Translations under genes and position numbers: made by a program | Assembly: GCF_002854065.1 (NCBI RefSeq) | Contig: NZ_CP024147.1 | DNA from: Escherichia coli | GTDB taxonomy: Bacteria > Pseudomonadota > Gammaproteobacteria > Enterobacterales > Enterobacteriaceae | DNA: 64,000 bases | Direction: 5' to 3' (one strand) | Part shown: positions 41,700-53,409 of the stretch, piece after piece | Numbering within the stretch: position 1 is the first letter of the stretch | Layout: each line of letters starts with the position of its first letter | Notes under the pieces: model-generated | Told to the model about the DNA's origin: nothing | Databases searched by the model: none | What the model saw: the letters and a program-made list of their open reading frames with translations, nothing else

Positions 41700-43037
41700 T
41701 TAATCTTTGCTTATTGGTGCATCTAAGGGATACGGGTTTTTATGCAGCCGGTTGTAATTCAGCGCATACATGGCGGTGATGACCATCAGGGTGACAAATG
41801 ACCACATAACCTCTTTCGCCCCGGACCCCACCACGGCCCAGATGCAGTAGAGGAAGGCAATGGTAGTAACTGCCAGATATGCCGGGCGTGCTTTACCAAA
41901 ATGACCGTGGCCGAGCAGCAGTAACGCCGCACAGGTGTAAAGATATGGCACCAGTGTAAAGATGACCGAGACGGAAGAAACCAGACCGAATTCTTTGGTC
42001 GCGTTTGGTGAAATGCTGCTGAGCTGGAAGATGGTCATCAAAATACCGACGATAATCAGCCCCGCTACTGGCGTACCCGCTTTATTTACACGGGCAAAAA
42101 TCGGTGGGAACAGTCCGTCATCGGCAGCGGCTTTCGCCGTTTGACCCGCCAGCAATGTCCAGCCGCCCAGTGAACCTAAGCAACCCGCAGCTGCGCAGAA
42201 GGAAACAATGGCCCCGGCGGTGTCACCCAACGCCATCCGTGCGGCATCACCGAATGGCGAGGCAGAAACGCGCAGTGCGGCATTAGGGATCATCCCCATA
42301 ATCGCGGTGGTGGAGAGCACATAGCAAACGGCGGCAATCAATACCCCACCGATGGTGGCGATAGGGACATTGCGTTTCGGGTTTTTCACCACACCTGCGG
42401 CAACGGAGGCACTTTCCACACCGATGAACGACCACAGCGTAACGTTAAGGGTGCTTTGAATTGCACCGAAAGTGCCCAGGCCGCTGACGTTCCATGCCGC
42501 CATATAGGTTTCACCACGGAACCAGAACCAGCCAAATACGGCAATCCCGACGATGGGGATCAGCGCCAGCACGGTGGCAACGGCCTGTACGCGGGTGATC
42601 ATTTTCGGACCGACAATGTTCAGCAGGACGAAGATCCACAGCACCACGACGCAGGTGATGGTTAATACCAATGGATCTTTCAGAATCGGGAAGAAGTAAC
42701 TTAAATATCCTACGCCAATGACCACCATGGCGATATTGCCGATCCAGCAGGCCAGCCAGTAGAGGACGTTGGTTTGATAACCGAGAAACGGGCCAAAGCA
42801 GCGGCGGGCGTAAGCGTAAGAACCACCAGGACTTGGGTCGAGGAACGACATTTTGGCGTATACCATCGAGAGCCCCAGCGCACCGATAATCGTCACCAAC
42901 CATCCATAAATGGCAATCCCGCCGGTGGAGGCCAGGTTTGCAGGTAACAGAAAAACACCTGACCCCATAATATTCCCCGACACCATCAGGGTGACGGGGA
43001 TTAAGCCCACTTTGTGAGCATCAGCATCCGAAGACAT
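41700..43037 (-). CDS. adiC: Arginine:agmatine antiporter
   Basis: 445 aa APC-family transporter; neighbourhood with adiY and adiA. Confidence 0.9.
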
Positions 43038-43173
43038 AATTAAACTCCTGCGAAGGCGAGCTTCGTGACAATAAATTACGTCATATCATACGCCTGCATT
43101 CGATAGTTGAATTATTATCGACCGGGTTATCGCTGATGCCGTTATTAATATAGCTCTTCGTTAAGGTTAAAAA

Positions 43174-43935
43174 TCAGGCGACAGTGCGTTCTCTGTGCTG
43201 GCTAACATAATGCAGTGGCGTCATACCGTAGAAGTCTTTAAAGACAGAAATAAAGTACGACGTACTGTTGTAGCCGCAGGACTGTGATACCTGAGAGATA
43301 TTTTTACCGTCCATCATTAATTCATTTACGGCATAACGCATGCGGCAGGTGGTGATTATTTGGCTATAACTGGTGTTTTCGCTTTTCAGCTTTTTCTTTA
43401 ACAGACTTGGGCTAAGACATAAACAACTGGCTACCATACTAAGATTCCAGTCTTTGTGAATATCGCTTTCAATAATTTGATAAACGCTGTCACTTACACA
43501 ATTACGTAACATATACATCATTAATGAAAGGAATTTTTTACTGTCGAGAAAACGGGATAGCACAGTGAATAATAATGCGCGTGTTCGTTCCTTTTCTGAC
43601 TCAGTTTCTGCGGGCATCATGCTGTGTTGCGCGGCAACGTGAAAGACGTCTGGTGTCAGGCATGGCAGGGTGAGAATGGGCGTAGCGCTACGTTGCCATA
43701 CTGGTATTTGCGAGAGATCTTTATTCAGAAACCGGAGGTAATCTTTGATGATGTCGTGACTAATATGAGCAACCAAAGTGTTGTTAAGAGAGGAGACGTC
43801 GATAATATTATTTTCACAATTTAATAACGCCATATGGTTAGCTTTAAGGCTAATAGGTTCTTTCCCATTCACCCTTATCCAGACATCTTTTTCAGTCAAT
43901 AAAACAATACAAGGTTGGTCGCTGCAAATCCTCAT
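43174..43935 (-). CDS. adiY: AraC-family regulator of the arginine decarboxylase system
   Basis: 253 aa, C-terminal AraC HTH. Confidence 0.88.
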   Translation of the reverse strand: MRICSDQPCIVLLTEKDVWIRVNGKEPISLKANHMALLNCENNIIDVSSLNNTLVAHISHDIIKDYLRFLNKDLSQIPVWQRSATPILTLPCLTPDVFHVAAQHSMMPAETESEKERTRALLFTVLSRFLDSKKFLSLMMYMLRNCVSDSVYQIIESDIHKDWNLSMVASCLCLSPSLLKKKLKSENTSYSQIITTCRMRYAVNELMMDGKNISQVSQSCGYNSTSYFISVFKDFYGMTPLHYVSQHRERTVA

Positions 43936-44258
43936 ACATGTACTCCTGAGTGCGAATAAAAGACCAGTTCTCGCTAAAGCAAAGCGATACCGGGAAATGG
44001 TTATATAATTGTATGATGAATATAAACATGCATAAAAATAACGAGTTTTACTAATATTACAAATTTTTATAGTAATTTCTCATGTACATATTTTTTTACA
44101 GGGTAAATAACAGGCAAAAAAAGCGCGGGGTGGGGCCGCGCAAAAAGTATGACATTTTTGTTTGCAGCAATTTTTATGAAAACGTTGCCATACTCAAAAG
44201 GCCTAAGGCCAGGCGGCGTAATGTTATTTAAACAATTACGCCTTCAGCGGAATAGTGG

Positions 44259-46526
44259 TTACGCTTTCACACACATAACGTGGTAAATACCGTCAATAAT
44301 TTCAGTCCCTTCAGTTTCGTGTTCAAATCCAGGGAAATGATGATCCCAGGATTGCAGCGAGCGTAAATAACTTAGTTGCGGACTGTTTTTATCGCCGAAG
44401 TTTTCACCAGACAGCAGCATCGGGATTCCTGGCGGATACGGGATAACTGAGTTTGCCGCGATACGTCCTGGCAGATTTTCAATGGAAACCAGTTCGACAT
44501 TGTTGTCGACAATCGCGTTGTACGCTTCACGCGGGGTGATTTCCGCCACCGGCAGGCCGGAATAGGCTTCGTTCAACCGTGCGCCAGGGTTGTTTTCTTT
44601 CAGCCAGGCAAACATGGTGTCACCCAGATCGTGAATCCCCATGTTCGCATAAGTGTCAGGATATTGTTCAACAAGTTCCGGCATCACCTGCGCCAGCGGT
44701 GTGTTGGCGTCATAGTGGCGTTTGAAGGAGCAAAGGGTGTTAACCAGAGTCCCCCATTTCCCACGGGTTACGCCCATAGAGAACAGGAACATAATTTGGA
44801 AGTCAGTGGTGCGGGTAGGCACAATGCCGTGGCGACCAAGCCAGGCAGTGACCAGTGCCGCCGGAACACCGGTTTCTTCCAGTTCACCATCTTCACCCAT
44901 TCCCGGAGCAAGGATGCTGACTTTAATCGGGTCGAGCATACTCCAGTTATCCGGAATATCTTTGAAGCCGTGCCAGCTTTCGCCCGGATGCATTACCCAG
45001 CAGTCCTGAACGGTGGTCAGCAGTTTGGTTGGTGCGTCAGCAAAGTCATAGGTTTTGCCGGTTTGTGGGTCGGTGACGACTTCTTTGTTCCACGGTTTGA
45101 AGAACCAGCTACCGTCAGCGGTGAACTCTTTATACAGCCGCGCCATCGCCTGACGGAAATCAACCGCTTCGTCGATCACTTCCTGCGTCAGTGACAGGCC
45201 GCTGTTGCCGTCCATCATCGACACCGCCACGTCGTTGGATGCGCAGATGGCATACAGCGGGGAGGTGGTGGCATGCATCATGTAGGCCTGGTTGAAGCGG
45301 GAGAAGTTAATCGCCCCACGACCTTCACGTACATGAATATAAGAAGCCTGTGAAAGCGCATTCAGCAGTTTGTGGGTGGAGTGGGTGGCGAAAACAGTAG
45401 GACCGTTGTGATCGCCAGGTTCGCCGCGCATGGCATAGTGATCGGCATAGATCGGGTTGAAACGTGCATAGCCGTACCAGGCTTCGTCAAAGTGCAGACG
45501 ATCGGAGGTTTTTTCCAGCAGATCCTGCGCTTCTTTAGCGTTATAACACACGCCGTCATAGGTGCAGTTGGTCACCACGCAGTAAGACGGTTTTTGCCCG
45601 GCTTTGTCTTTAGTCAGCGGGCTTTCACTGATTTTCTTCTGCAAGGTTTCAGGTTGCATTTCCTGCGGATAGATTGGCCCGATAATGCCGTAGCGGTTGC
45701 GGCTTGGCACCATGTAGACCGGTTTCGCGCCTGTCAGCATCAAACCTTGTTCGATGGATTTATGGCAGTTACGGTCAACGACCACGACATCGTTATCGGT
45801 CATGCAAGCCTGCATGATGGTGCGGTTAGAGCCGGAAGTACCGACGACTACCGACCAGGAGCGATCGGCACCAAATACGCGTGCGGCATATTTTTCGCTT
45901 TCGCCAAATGCGCCAGTATGGTCAAGCAAAGAACCGAGGGAAGTTCGTTCGATGCCCATGTCGGTGCGGAACAGATTTTCACCGTAGTAGTCATGGTAGA
46001 AACGTCCGGCGGGTGTTTTGGTAAAACCAACGCCGCCCTGGTGGCCTGGCGCTGCCCAGGAATATTCATGGATGTCGCTATATTTCATCAGCGCGCTGAA
46101 CAGTGGCGGCAACAGCTGCTGGCGGTAGCGGGTCATCGCGGCAACGGCGCGTCCGGCGATAAAGTCGGCGGTATCTTCCAGAATCCAGGCGAATTCATCG
46201 ACAAGCTCCAGCAGGTCGCGATCCATTGCGGCGAGGGCTTTTTCCCGATCGCCCAACAGGAAGACCGGCACGTTTTGTTGGCGCTCATGAAGCTTACCGA
46301 TCAATTGTCTGACGTTTTGATGTTCGTCCGGATGTTCCATTTGATAGCTGAACATCAGGCAGTCAATGGCTTCGTTTGAAGAGAGAATGGCAAAACCATC
46401 ATCAAAGGAGGTGGATTTAATCACGGTAACATTTTGCTGGCTTAAAGCATCTGCCAGACGCTCAACGGCGTTACCGACCCAGGTGTCTTGATGGAGAAAC
46501 TCGCTTTCAACAATTAATACTTTCAT
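44259..46526 (-). CDS. adiA: Biodegradative arginine decarboxylase (755 aa)
   Basis: PLP-fold decarboxylase (group III), STHKLL lysine motif; paralogous in architecture to cadA in this window. Confidence 0.92.
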   Translation of the reverse strand: MKVLIVESEFLHQDTWVGNAVERLADALSQQNVTVIKSTSFDDGFAILSSNEAIDCLMFSYQMEHPDEHQNVRQLIGKLHERQQNVPVFLLGDREKALAAMDRDLLELVDEFAWILEDTADFIAGRAVAAMTRYRQQLLPPLFSALMKYSDIHEYSWAAPGHQGGVGFTKTPAGRFYHDYYGENLFRTDMGIERTSLGSLLDHTGAFGESEKYAARVFGADRSWSVVVGTSGSNRTIMQACMTDNDVVVVDRNCHKSIEQGLMLTGAKPVYMVPSRNRYGIIGPIYPQEMQPETLQKKISESPLTKDKAGQKPSYCVVTNCTYDGVCYNAKEAQDLLEKTSDRLHFDEAWYGYARFNPIYADHYAMRGEPGDHNGPTVFATHSTHKLLNALSQASYIHVREGRGAINFSRFNQAYMMHATTSPLYAICASNDVAVSMMDGNSGLSLTQEVIDEAVDFRQAMARLYKEFTADGSWFFKPWNKEVVTDPQTGKTYDFADAPTKLLTTVQDCWVMHPGESWHGFKDIPDNWSMLDPIKVSILAPGMGEDGELEETGVPAALVTAWLGRHGIVPTRTTDFQIMFLFSMGVTRGKWGTLVNTLCSFKRHYDANTPLAQVMPELVEQYPDTYANMGIHDLGDTMFAWLKENNPGARLNEAYSGLPVAEITPREAYNAIVDNNVELVSIENLPGRIAANSVIPYPPGIPMLLSGENFGDKNSPQLSYLRSLQSWDHHFPGFEHETEGTEIIDGIYHVMCVKA

Positions 46527-46724
46527 CATTGCTTACCCGGTTATGAAGGAATCTTCGTTGCGGGCAAGTATCTTCCGGCCTTTTCGGGCTGTAAAGCGCG
46601 TGAAAAACAAACATTTTTCAAATATTTGTTTTTATAAACAATGCTTTATGTGATTATTTTAAATTATTTTCACTGCTTATTATCGACGGCTAAACTATTT
46701 TTTTGGCTGATACTGATATCGTCT

Positions 46725-47633
46725 TTAGCCGGGAAACGTCTGGCGGCGCTGTTGGCTAAGTTTGCGGTATTGTTGTGGCGACATGCCGACATATTTGCCG
46801 AACGTGCTGTAAAAACGACTACTTGAACGAAAGCCTGCCGTCAGGGCAATATCGAGAATACTTTTATCGGTATCGCTCAGTAACGCGCGAACGTGGTTGA
46901 TGCGCATCGCGGTAATGTACTGTTTCATCGTCAATTGCATGACTCGCTGGAATATCCCCATTGCATAGTTGGCGTTAAGTTTGACGTGCTCAGCCACATC
47001 GTTGATGGTCAGCGCCTGATCATAGTTTTCGGCAATAAAGCCCAGCATCTGGCTAACATAAAATTGCGCATGGCGCGAGACGCTGTTTTTGTGTGTGCGC
47101 GAGGTTTTATTGACCAGAATCGGTTCCCAGCCAGAGAGGCTAAATCGCTTGAGCATCAGGCCAATTTCATCAATGGCGAGCTGGCGAATTTGCTCATTCG
47201 GACTGTTTAATTCCTGCTGCCAGCGGCGTACTTCAAACGGGCTAAGTTGCTGTGTGGCAAGTGATTTGATCACCATGCCGTGAGTGACGTGGTTAATCAG
47301 GTCCTTATCCAGCGGCCAGGAGAGAAACAGATGCATCGGCAGATTAAAAATCGCCATGCTCTGACAGGTTCCGGTATCTGTTAGTTGGTGCGGTGTACAG
47401 GCCCAGAACAGCGTGATATGTCCCTGATTGATATTCACTTTTTCATTGTTGATCAGGTATTCCACATCGCCATCGAAAGGCACATTCACTTCGACCTGAC
47501 CATGCCAGTGGCTGGTGGGCATGATATGCGGTGCGCGAAACTCAATCTCCATCCGCTGGTATTCCGAATACAGCGACAGCGGGCTGCGGGTCTGTTTTTC
47601 GTCGCTGCTGCACATAAACGTATCTGTATTCAT
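46725..47633 (-). CDS. melR: AraC-family melibiose operon regulator
   Basis: 302 aa, C-terminal AraC HTH; divergent from melAB. Confidence 0.9.
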   Translation of the reverse strand: MNTDTFMCSSDEKQTRSPLSLYSEYQRMEIEFRAPHIMPTSHWHGQVEVNVPFDGDVEYLINNEKVNINQGHITLFWACTPHQLTDTGTCQSMAIFNLPMHLFLSWPLDKDLINHVTHGMVIKSLATQQLSPFEVRRWQQELNSPNEQIRQLAIDEIGLMLKRFSLSGWEPILVNKTSRTHKNSVSRHAQFYVSQMLGFIAENYDQALTINDVAEHVKLNANYAMGIFQRVMQLTMKQYITAMRINHVRALLSDTDKSILDIALTAGFRSSSRFYSTFGKYVGMSPQQYRKLSQQRRQTFPG

Positions 47634-47709
47634 GGATGGCTCTCTTTCCTGGAATATCAGAATTATGGCAGGAGTGAGGGAGGATGACTGCGAGTGGGAG
47701 CACGGTTTT

Positions 47710-47737
47710 CACCCTCTTCCCAGAGGGGCGAGGGGAG
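47710..47737. repeat. boxC-like GC-rich palindromic repeat in the melR-melA intergenic region
   Basis: caccctcttcccagaggggcgaggggag; reverse complement shares the core ccctcgcccctctggg(g/a)agagggt with 20482-20530. Confidence 0.55.
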
Positions 47738-47915
47738 TGTCCGAGCATCATGAGGCCGAAAACTCTGCTTTTCAGGTAAATTATTCCTATAAACTCAGAT
47801 TTACTGCTGCTTCACGCAGGATCTGAGTTTATGGGAATGCTCAACCTGGAAGCCGGAGGTTTTCTGCAGATTCGCCTGCCATGATGAAGTTATTCAAGCA
47901 AGCCAGGAGATCTGC

Positions 47916-49271
47916 ATGATGTCTGCACCCAAAATTACATTTATCGGCGCTGGTTCGACGATTTTCGTTAAAAATATTCTTGGTGATGTGTTCCATCGCG
48001 AGGCGCTGAAAACGGCGCATATTGCCCTGATGGACATTGACCCCACCCGCCTGGAAGAGTCGCATATTGTGGTGCGTAAGCTGATGGATTCAGCAGGGGC
48101 CAGCGGCAAAATCACCTGCCACACCCAACAGAAAGAAGCCTTAGAGGATGCCGATTTTGTCGTGGTGGCATTTCAGATTGGCGGTTATGAACCTTGCACG
48201 GTGACTGATTTCGAGGTCTGTAAGCGGCATGGTCTGGAACAAACCATTGCCGATACGTTGGGGCCGGGCGGTATTATGCGCGCGCTACGTACCATTCCGC
48301 ATCTGTGGCAAATTTGCGAGGACATGACGGAAGTCTGCCCCGATGCCACCATGCTCAACTATGTTAACCCAATGGCGATGAATGCCTGGGCGATGTATGC
48401 CCGCTATCCGCATATCAAACAGGTCGGGCTGTGCCATTCGGTGCAGGGAACGGCGGAAGAGCTGGCGCGTGACCTCAATATCGACCCGGCTACGCTGCGT
48501 TACCGTTGCGCAGGTATCAACCATATGGCGTTTTACCTGGAACTGGAGCGCAAAACCGCCGACGGCAGTTACGTGAATCTCTACCCAGAACTGCTGGCGG
48601 CTTATGAAGCAGGGCAGGCACCGAAGCCGAATATTCATGGCAATACTCGCTGCCAGAATATTGTGCGCTACGAAATGTTCAAAAAGCTGGGCTACTTCGT
48701 CACGGAATCGTCAGAACATTTTGCTGAGTACACACCGTGGTTTATTAAGCCAGGTCGTGAGGATTTGATTGAGCGTTATAAAGTACCGCTGGATGAGTAC
48801 CCGAAACGCTGCGTCGAGCAGCTGGCGAACTGGCATAAAGAGCTGGAGGAGTATAAAAACGCCTCCCGGATTGATATTAAACCGTCACGGGAATATGCCA
48901 GCACAATCATAAACGCTATCTGGACGGGCGAGCCGAGTGTGATTTACGGCAACGTCCGTAACGATGGTTTGATTGATAACCTGCCACAAGGATGTTGCGT
49001 GGAAGTAGCCTGTCTGGTTGATGCTAATGGCATTCAGCCGACCAAAGTCGGTACGCTACCTTCGCATCTGGCCGCCCTGATGCAAACCAACATTAACGTA
49101 CAGACGCTGCTGACCGAAGCTATTCTTACGGAAAATCGCGACCGTGTTTACCACGCCGCGATGATGGACCCGCATACTGCCGCCGTGCTGGGCATTGACG
49201 AAATATATGCTCTTGTTGACGACCTGATTGCCGCCCACGGCGACTGGCTGCCAGGCTGGTTGCACCGTTAA
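47916..49271 (+). CDS. melA: Alpha-galactosidase (GH4, NAD/Mn-dependent)
   Basis: 451 aa, N-terminal Rossmann motif ITFIGAGS. Confidence 0.92.
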   Translation: MMSAPKITFIGAGSTIFVKNILGDVFHREALKTAHIALMDIDPTRLEESHIVVRKLMDSAGASGKITCHTQQKEALEDADFVVVAFQIGGYEPCTVTDFEVCKRHGLEQTIADTLGPGGIMRALRTIPHLWQICEDMTEVCPDATMLNYVNPMAMNAWAMYARYPHIKQVGLCHSVQGTAEELARDLNIDPATLRYRCAGINHMAFYLELERKTADGSYVNLYPELLAAYEAGQAPKPNIHGNTRCQNIVRYEMFKKLGYFVTESSEHFAEYTPWFIKPGREDLIERYKVPLDEYPKRCVEQLANWHKELEEYKNASRIDIKPSREYASTIINAIWTGEPSVIYGNVRNDGLIDNLPQGCCVEVACLVDANGIQPTKVGTLPSHLAALMQTNINVQTLLTEAILTENRDRVYHAAMMDPHTAAVLGIDEIYALVDDLIAAHGDWLPGWLHR

Positions 49272-49373
49272 AACGCGACTAAACGCTACTGCGCCGGGGG
49301 ATTTATTCCGGCGCACACCTCTGACGATACCAATAACAGAAGGCGGGCGTTGGTAACAGCGACCCGATACCCT

Positions 49374-50795
49374 ATGAGCATTTCAATGACTACAAAACTC
49401 AGTTATGGATTTGGAGCGTTCGGGAAGGATTTTGCGATCGGCATTGTGTATATGTACCTCATGTATTACTACACCGATGTCGTCGGGCTGTCTGTGGGTT
49501 TGGTCGGTACTTTGTTTCTGGTGGCGAGGATCTGGGATGCTATTAACGATCCGATTATGGGATGGATTGTAAATGCTACGCGATCGCGATGGGGTAAGTT
49601 CAAACCCTGGATCCTGATCGGTACGTTGGCAAACTCTGTAATCTTATTTCTCCTCTTTAGTGCGCATCTGTTTGAAGGTACTACTCAGATTGTCTTTGTT
49701 TGCGTGACCTACATCCTCTGGGGCATGACTTACACCATTATGGATATTCCCTTCTGGTCGCTGGTTCCAACCATCACGCTCGATAAACGTGAGCGTGAAC
49801 AACTGGTTCCTTATCCGCGTTTTTTTGCCAGTCTGGCGGGCTTTGTTACGGCAGGTGTGACGCTACCATTTGTTAATTATGTCGGCGGTGGCGATCGGGG
49901 ATTTGGCTTTCAGATGTTCACACTGGTACTGATCGCCTTTTTTATTGTTTCAACCATCATCACTCTGCGCAATGTGCATGAAGTCTTTTCGTCAGACAAT
50001 CAACCGTCTGCTGAAGGAAGCCATCTGACACTTAAAGCCATCGTTGCGCTTATTTATAAAAACGATCAGCTTTCATGCCTCTTGGGTATGGCTCTTGCTT
50101 ATAATGTAGCCAGCAACATTATTACCGGCTTTGCTATCTATTATTTCTCATATGTTATCGGTGATGCGGATTTGTTCCCCTATTATCTGTCGTATGCGGG
50201 AGCTGCTAACCTGGTGACGTTAGTATTCTTCCCACGCTTAGTTAAATCATTATCCCGACGCATTTTATGGGCCGGAGCATCTATTCTTCCGGTGTTAAGC
50301 TGTGGTGTTCTCCTGTTAATGGCATTAATGAGCTATCACAACGTCGTCCTCATTGTGATTGCGGGTATTTTGCTGAATGTGGGAACGGCGCTTTTCTGGG
50401 TATTACAGGTCATCATGGTGGCAGATACCGTTGATTACGGTGAATATAAACTGCACGTACGCTGTGAAAGCATCGCTTACTCCGTGCAGACTATGGTGGT
50501 GAAGGGCGGTTCAGCCTTTGCGGCTTTTTTCATTGCGGTTGTGTTAGGGATGATTGGCTATGTACCGAATGTTGAACAGTCTACGCAAGCCCTATTAGGT
50601 ATGCAGTTTATTATGATTGCTCTACCGACTCTGTTTTTCATGGTAACGCTGATTCTCTACTTCCGTTTCTATCGCCTCAATGGCGACACGCTGCGCAGGA
50701 TCCAGATTCATCTGCTGGATAAATATCGCAAAGTACCGCCCGAGCCTGTTCATGCTGATATTCCGGTCGGTGCAGTGAGTGATGTGAAAGCCTGA
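49374..50795 (+). CDS. melB: Melibiose:Na+ symporter (473 aa from MSISMTTKL)
   Basis: GPH-family transporter with 12 predicted TM segments. Confidence 0.9.
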   Translation: MSISMTTKLSYGFGAFGKDFAIGIVYMYLMYYYTDVVGLSVGLVGTLFLVARIWDAINDPIMGWIVNATRSRWGKFKPWILIGTLANSVILFLLFSAHLFEGTTQIVFVCVTYILWGMTYTIMDIPFWSLVPTITLDKREREQLVPYPRFFASLAGFVTAGVTLPFVNYVGGGDRGFGFQMFTLVLIAFFIVSTIITLRNVHEVFSSDNQPSAEGSHLTLKAIVALIYKNDQLSCLLGMALAYNVASNIITGFAIYYFSYVIGDADLFPYYLSYAGAANLVTLVFFPRLVKSLSRRILWAGASILPVLSCGVLLLMALMSYHNVVLIVIAGILLNVGTALFWVLQVIMVADTVDYGEYKLHVRCESIAYSVQTMVVKGGSAFAAFFIAVVLGMIGYVPNVEQSTQALLGMQFIMIALPTLFFMVTLILYFRFYRLNGDTLRRIQIHLLDKYRKVPPEPVHADIPVGAVSDVKA

Positions 50796-50819
50796 CGTGG
50801 ACAATAGCTAACGAAAATG

Positions 50820-50915
50820 GCCTGATGCGATATGTTTATCAGGCCACGTCTTAATGTAATGCTTTGGATTTGCAAATTTTGTAGACCGGATAAGGAATTC
50901 ACGCCGCATCCGGCA
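50820..50915. repeat. REP elements downstream of melB
   Basis: gcctgatgcgatatgtttatcaggcc and gtagaccggataaggaattcacgccgcatccggca. Confidence 0.75.
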
Positions 50916-50933
50916 TCAACAAAGTGCACGTTG

Positions 50934-51563
50934 TTATCCGGTTATCAAGCCAAAGCGCCGTAGCTGGCGGCAATGAAAGCGAGCGAGGAATATCACCGTC
51001 GTTAATGCGCCAAGTAGCGCGCAGAACATATCGGATTGCGTGTCCCACTGGTCGCCCTGGGTGCCGAGAAAATCATCCGCTCCCTGGCCCATTGCCAGCG
51101 CCGCCCACCACTCGATTAATTCATACATCGCGCTTATCGCCAGCGCCACGCAACAGACCAGAAACGCCACCATTTTACGTCCGCGAACGTACATCCCGCG
51201 CACAAGGATCTCACGTGCCACCAGTGCAGGTACCAGCCCCTGGAAAAAATGCCCCAGCTTGTCATACGGATTACGGCTCAACTTCAGCCATTCCTGCACC
51301 TCAAAACCAACGGGGACTTTCGCGTAGGTGTATTGTCCGCCGACCATCAGGATGATGGCGTGAAAGAAAATGAGCGTATAAAGCAGCGGCGTTAACGGAT
51401 AACGTTTCGCGGTGGCAAGGAGTAGCGGCATGACAATAATCACCGGTGTCACTTCCATCAGCCAGGTGAGTTTGTCATGGGCCGAAATGCCGGTATAAAT
51501 CAGGATTAACGTTAGCGCCAGTGCGCCGGTGTTAAGAATTAACGGCTTGAGTGTGCGGGTCAT
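50934..51563 (-). CDS. yjdF: Inner-membrane protein (DUF-type, uncharacterised)
   Basis: 209-aa hydrophobic ORF; K-12 neighbourhood. Confidence 0.8.
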   Translation of the reverse strand: MTRTLKPLILNTGALALTLILIYTGISAHDKLTWLMEVTPVIIVMPLLLATAKRYPLTPLLYTLIFFHAIILMVGGQYTYAKVPVGFEVQEWLKLSRNPYDKLGHFFQGLVPALVAREILVRGMYVRGRKMVAFLVCCVALAISAMYELIEWWAALAMGQGADDFLGTQGDQWDTQSDMFCALLGALTTVIFLARFHCRQLRRFGLITG

Positions 51564-51685
51564 GGTGAGTTCGCAAGTCAGGGAAAATACTGACTATTCA
51601 CCAGCAAGCGTGAAATTACAATCGCAAAAGAGGTGGCCCAGGGGGATCACCTGGCAGCATGCTGCCAGGCGCTGGGCCGAAGAGG

Positions 51686-53332
51686 TTACTTAGTGCAGTT
51701 CGCGCACTGTTTGTTGACGATTTGCTGGAAGAAGTCGTTACCTTTGTCATCGACCAGGATAAACGCCGGGAAATCTTCTACTTCGATTTTCCAGATAGCT
51801 TCCATACCCAGCTCCGGATAAGCGACGCATTCCAGATGCTTGATGCTCTGCTGCGCCAGTACCGCCGCCGGACCGCCGATGCTACCGAGGTAGAAGCCGC
51901 CGTGTTTATGACACGCGTCGGTAACCTGCTGACTGCGGTTACCTTTCGCTAGCATGATCATGCTGCCGCCGTGGGATTGCAGCAGATCCACATAGGAGTC
52001 CATACGACCTGCGGTGGTTGGGCCTAGTGAACCTGATGGATAACCGGCAGGGGTTTTCGCCGGACCCGCGTAGTAGATCGGGTGATCTTTGATGTACTGC
52101 GGAAGTTCTTTACCGGAGTCAATCAGCTCTTTCAGCTTGGCGTGTGCAATATCTCGACCCACAATAATGGTGCCGGTGAGCGACAAACGAGTGGATACCG
52201 GGTATTGCGAAAGCTGGGCGAGGATCTCTTTCATCGGGCGGTTAAGGTCAACTTTCACCGCTTCGCCTTCACCGGCCTGGCGCAGTTCTTCCGGAATGTA
52301 CTGGCCTGGGTTGTGTTCCAGTTTTTCGATCCAGATACCTTCGCGGTTGATTTTCGCTTTAATGTTACGGTCAGCGGAGCAGGAGACGCCCATGCCTACC
52401 GGGCAGGATGCGCCGTGACGTGGCAGACGGATAACGCGAATGTCGTGCGCGAAGTATTTACCGCCAAACTGCGCGCCAAGACCGAGTTTCTGGGCCTCTT
52501 CCAGCAGTTCCTGTTCCAGCTGGACATCGCGGAACGCCTGACCATGTTCGTTCCCTTCCGTCGGCAGTTCATCGTAATAGTGAGCGCTTGCTAACTTGAC
52601 GGTTTTCAGGTTGGTTTCCGCAGACGTACCGCCAATCACAAACGCGATATGGTACGGCGGGCAGGCTGCAGTACCGAGGGTACGCATTTTCTCGACGAGG
52701 AAGTTTTTCAGTTTGCCGGGAGTCAGCAGGGCTTTGGTTTCCTGGTAGAGATACGTTTTGTTGGCAGAGCCGCCGCCTTTCGCAACGCAAAGGAATTTGT
52801 ACTCATCGCCATCTACCGCGTACAGGTCGATTTGCGCAGGCAGGTTAGTACCGGTGTTGACCTCTTTGTACATGTCCAGCGCCGCGTTTTGTGAATAGCG
52901 CAGGTTATCTTCGATATAGGTGTTATAGACGCCTTTCGACAGCGCTTCTTCATCACCGCCGCCGGTCCACACGCGCTGACCTTTTTTACCGACGATGATT
53001 GCGGTGCCGGTATCCTGGCAGGTCGGCAGCACGCCTTTGGCGGCGATTTCGGAGTTTCTTAAGAATTGCAGCGCCACGTACTTGTCGTTTTCGCTGGCTT
53101 CTGGATCGTGAAGAATAGCCGCAACCTGTTTCTGGTGTGCCGGACGGAGCATGAAAGAAGCGTCGTGAAAGGCTTGATGCGCCAGCAGGGTCAGGGCTTC
53201 TGGTTCCACTTTCAGGATGGTTTCGCCGTTGAAGTCGGCAACGCTAATGTAATTGGAAGTGAGTAGATAGTATTCGGTATTGTCTTTCCCCATCGGGAAA
53301 GGTGCCTGGTAGATAAAGGGTTTGTTTGACAT
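51686..53332 (-). CDS. fumB: Class I fumarate hydratase (anaerobic, Fe-S)
   Basis: 548 aa; cotranscribed downstream of dcuB. Confidence 0.92.
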   Translation of the reverse strand: MSNKPFIYQAPFPMGKDNTEYYLLTSNYISVADFNGETILKVEPEALTLLAHQAFHDASFMLRPAHQKQVAAILHDPEASENDKYVALQFLRNSEIAAKGVLPTCQDTGTAIIVGKKGQRVWTGGGDEEALSKGVYNTYIEDNLRYSQNAALDMYKEVNTGTNLPAQIDLYAVDGDEYKFLCVAKGGGSANKTYLYQETKALLTPGKLKNFLVEKMRTLGTAACPPYHIAFVIGGTSAETNLKTVKLASAHYYDELPTEGNEHGQAFRDVQLEQELLEEAQKLGLGAQFGGKYFAHDIRVIRLPRHGASCPVGMGVSCSADRNIKAKINREGIWIEKLEHNPGQYIPEELRQAGEGEAVKVDLNRPMKEILAQLSQYPVSTRLSLTGTIIVGRDIAHAKLKELIDSGKELPQYIKDHPIYYAGPAKTPAGYPSGSLGPTTAGRMDSYVDLLQSHGGSMIMLAKGNRSQQVTDACHKHGGFYLGSIGGPAAVLAQQSIKHLECVAYPELGMEAIWKIEVEDFPAFILVDDKGNDFFQQIVNKQCANCTK

Positions 53333-53409
53333 AGCTTCCAGCCTGTAACTCTGTATTTGTTATTCGAAAATGGCGTGCCGCGTAGTCACGGGCGGCACGC
53401 AAAGTGCAT

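Noticed and set aside
45372-46379. 335-aa plus-strand ORF
   Set aside because: Antisense to adiA; no independent coding evidence
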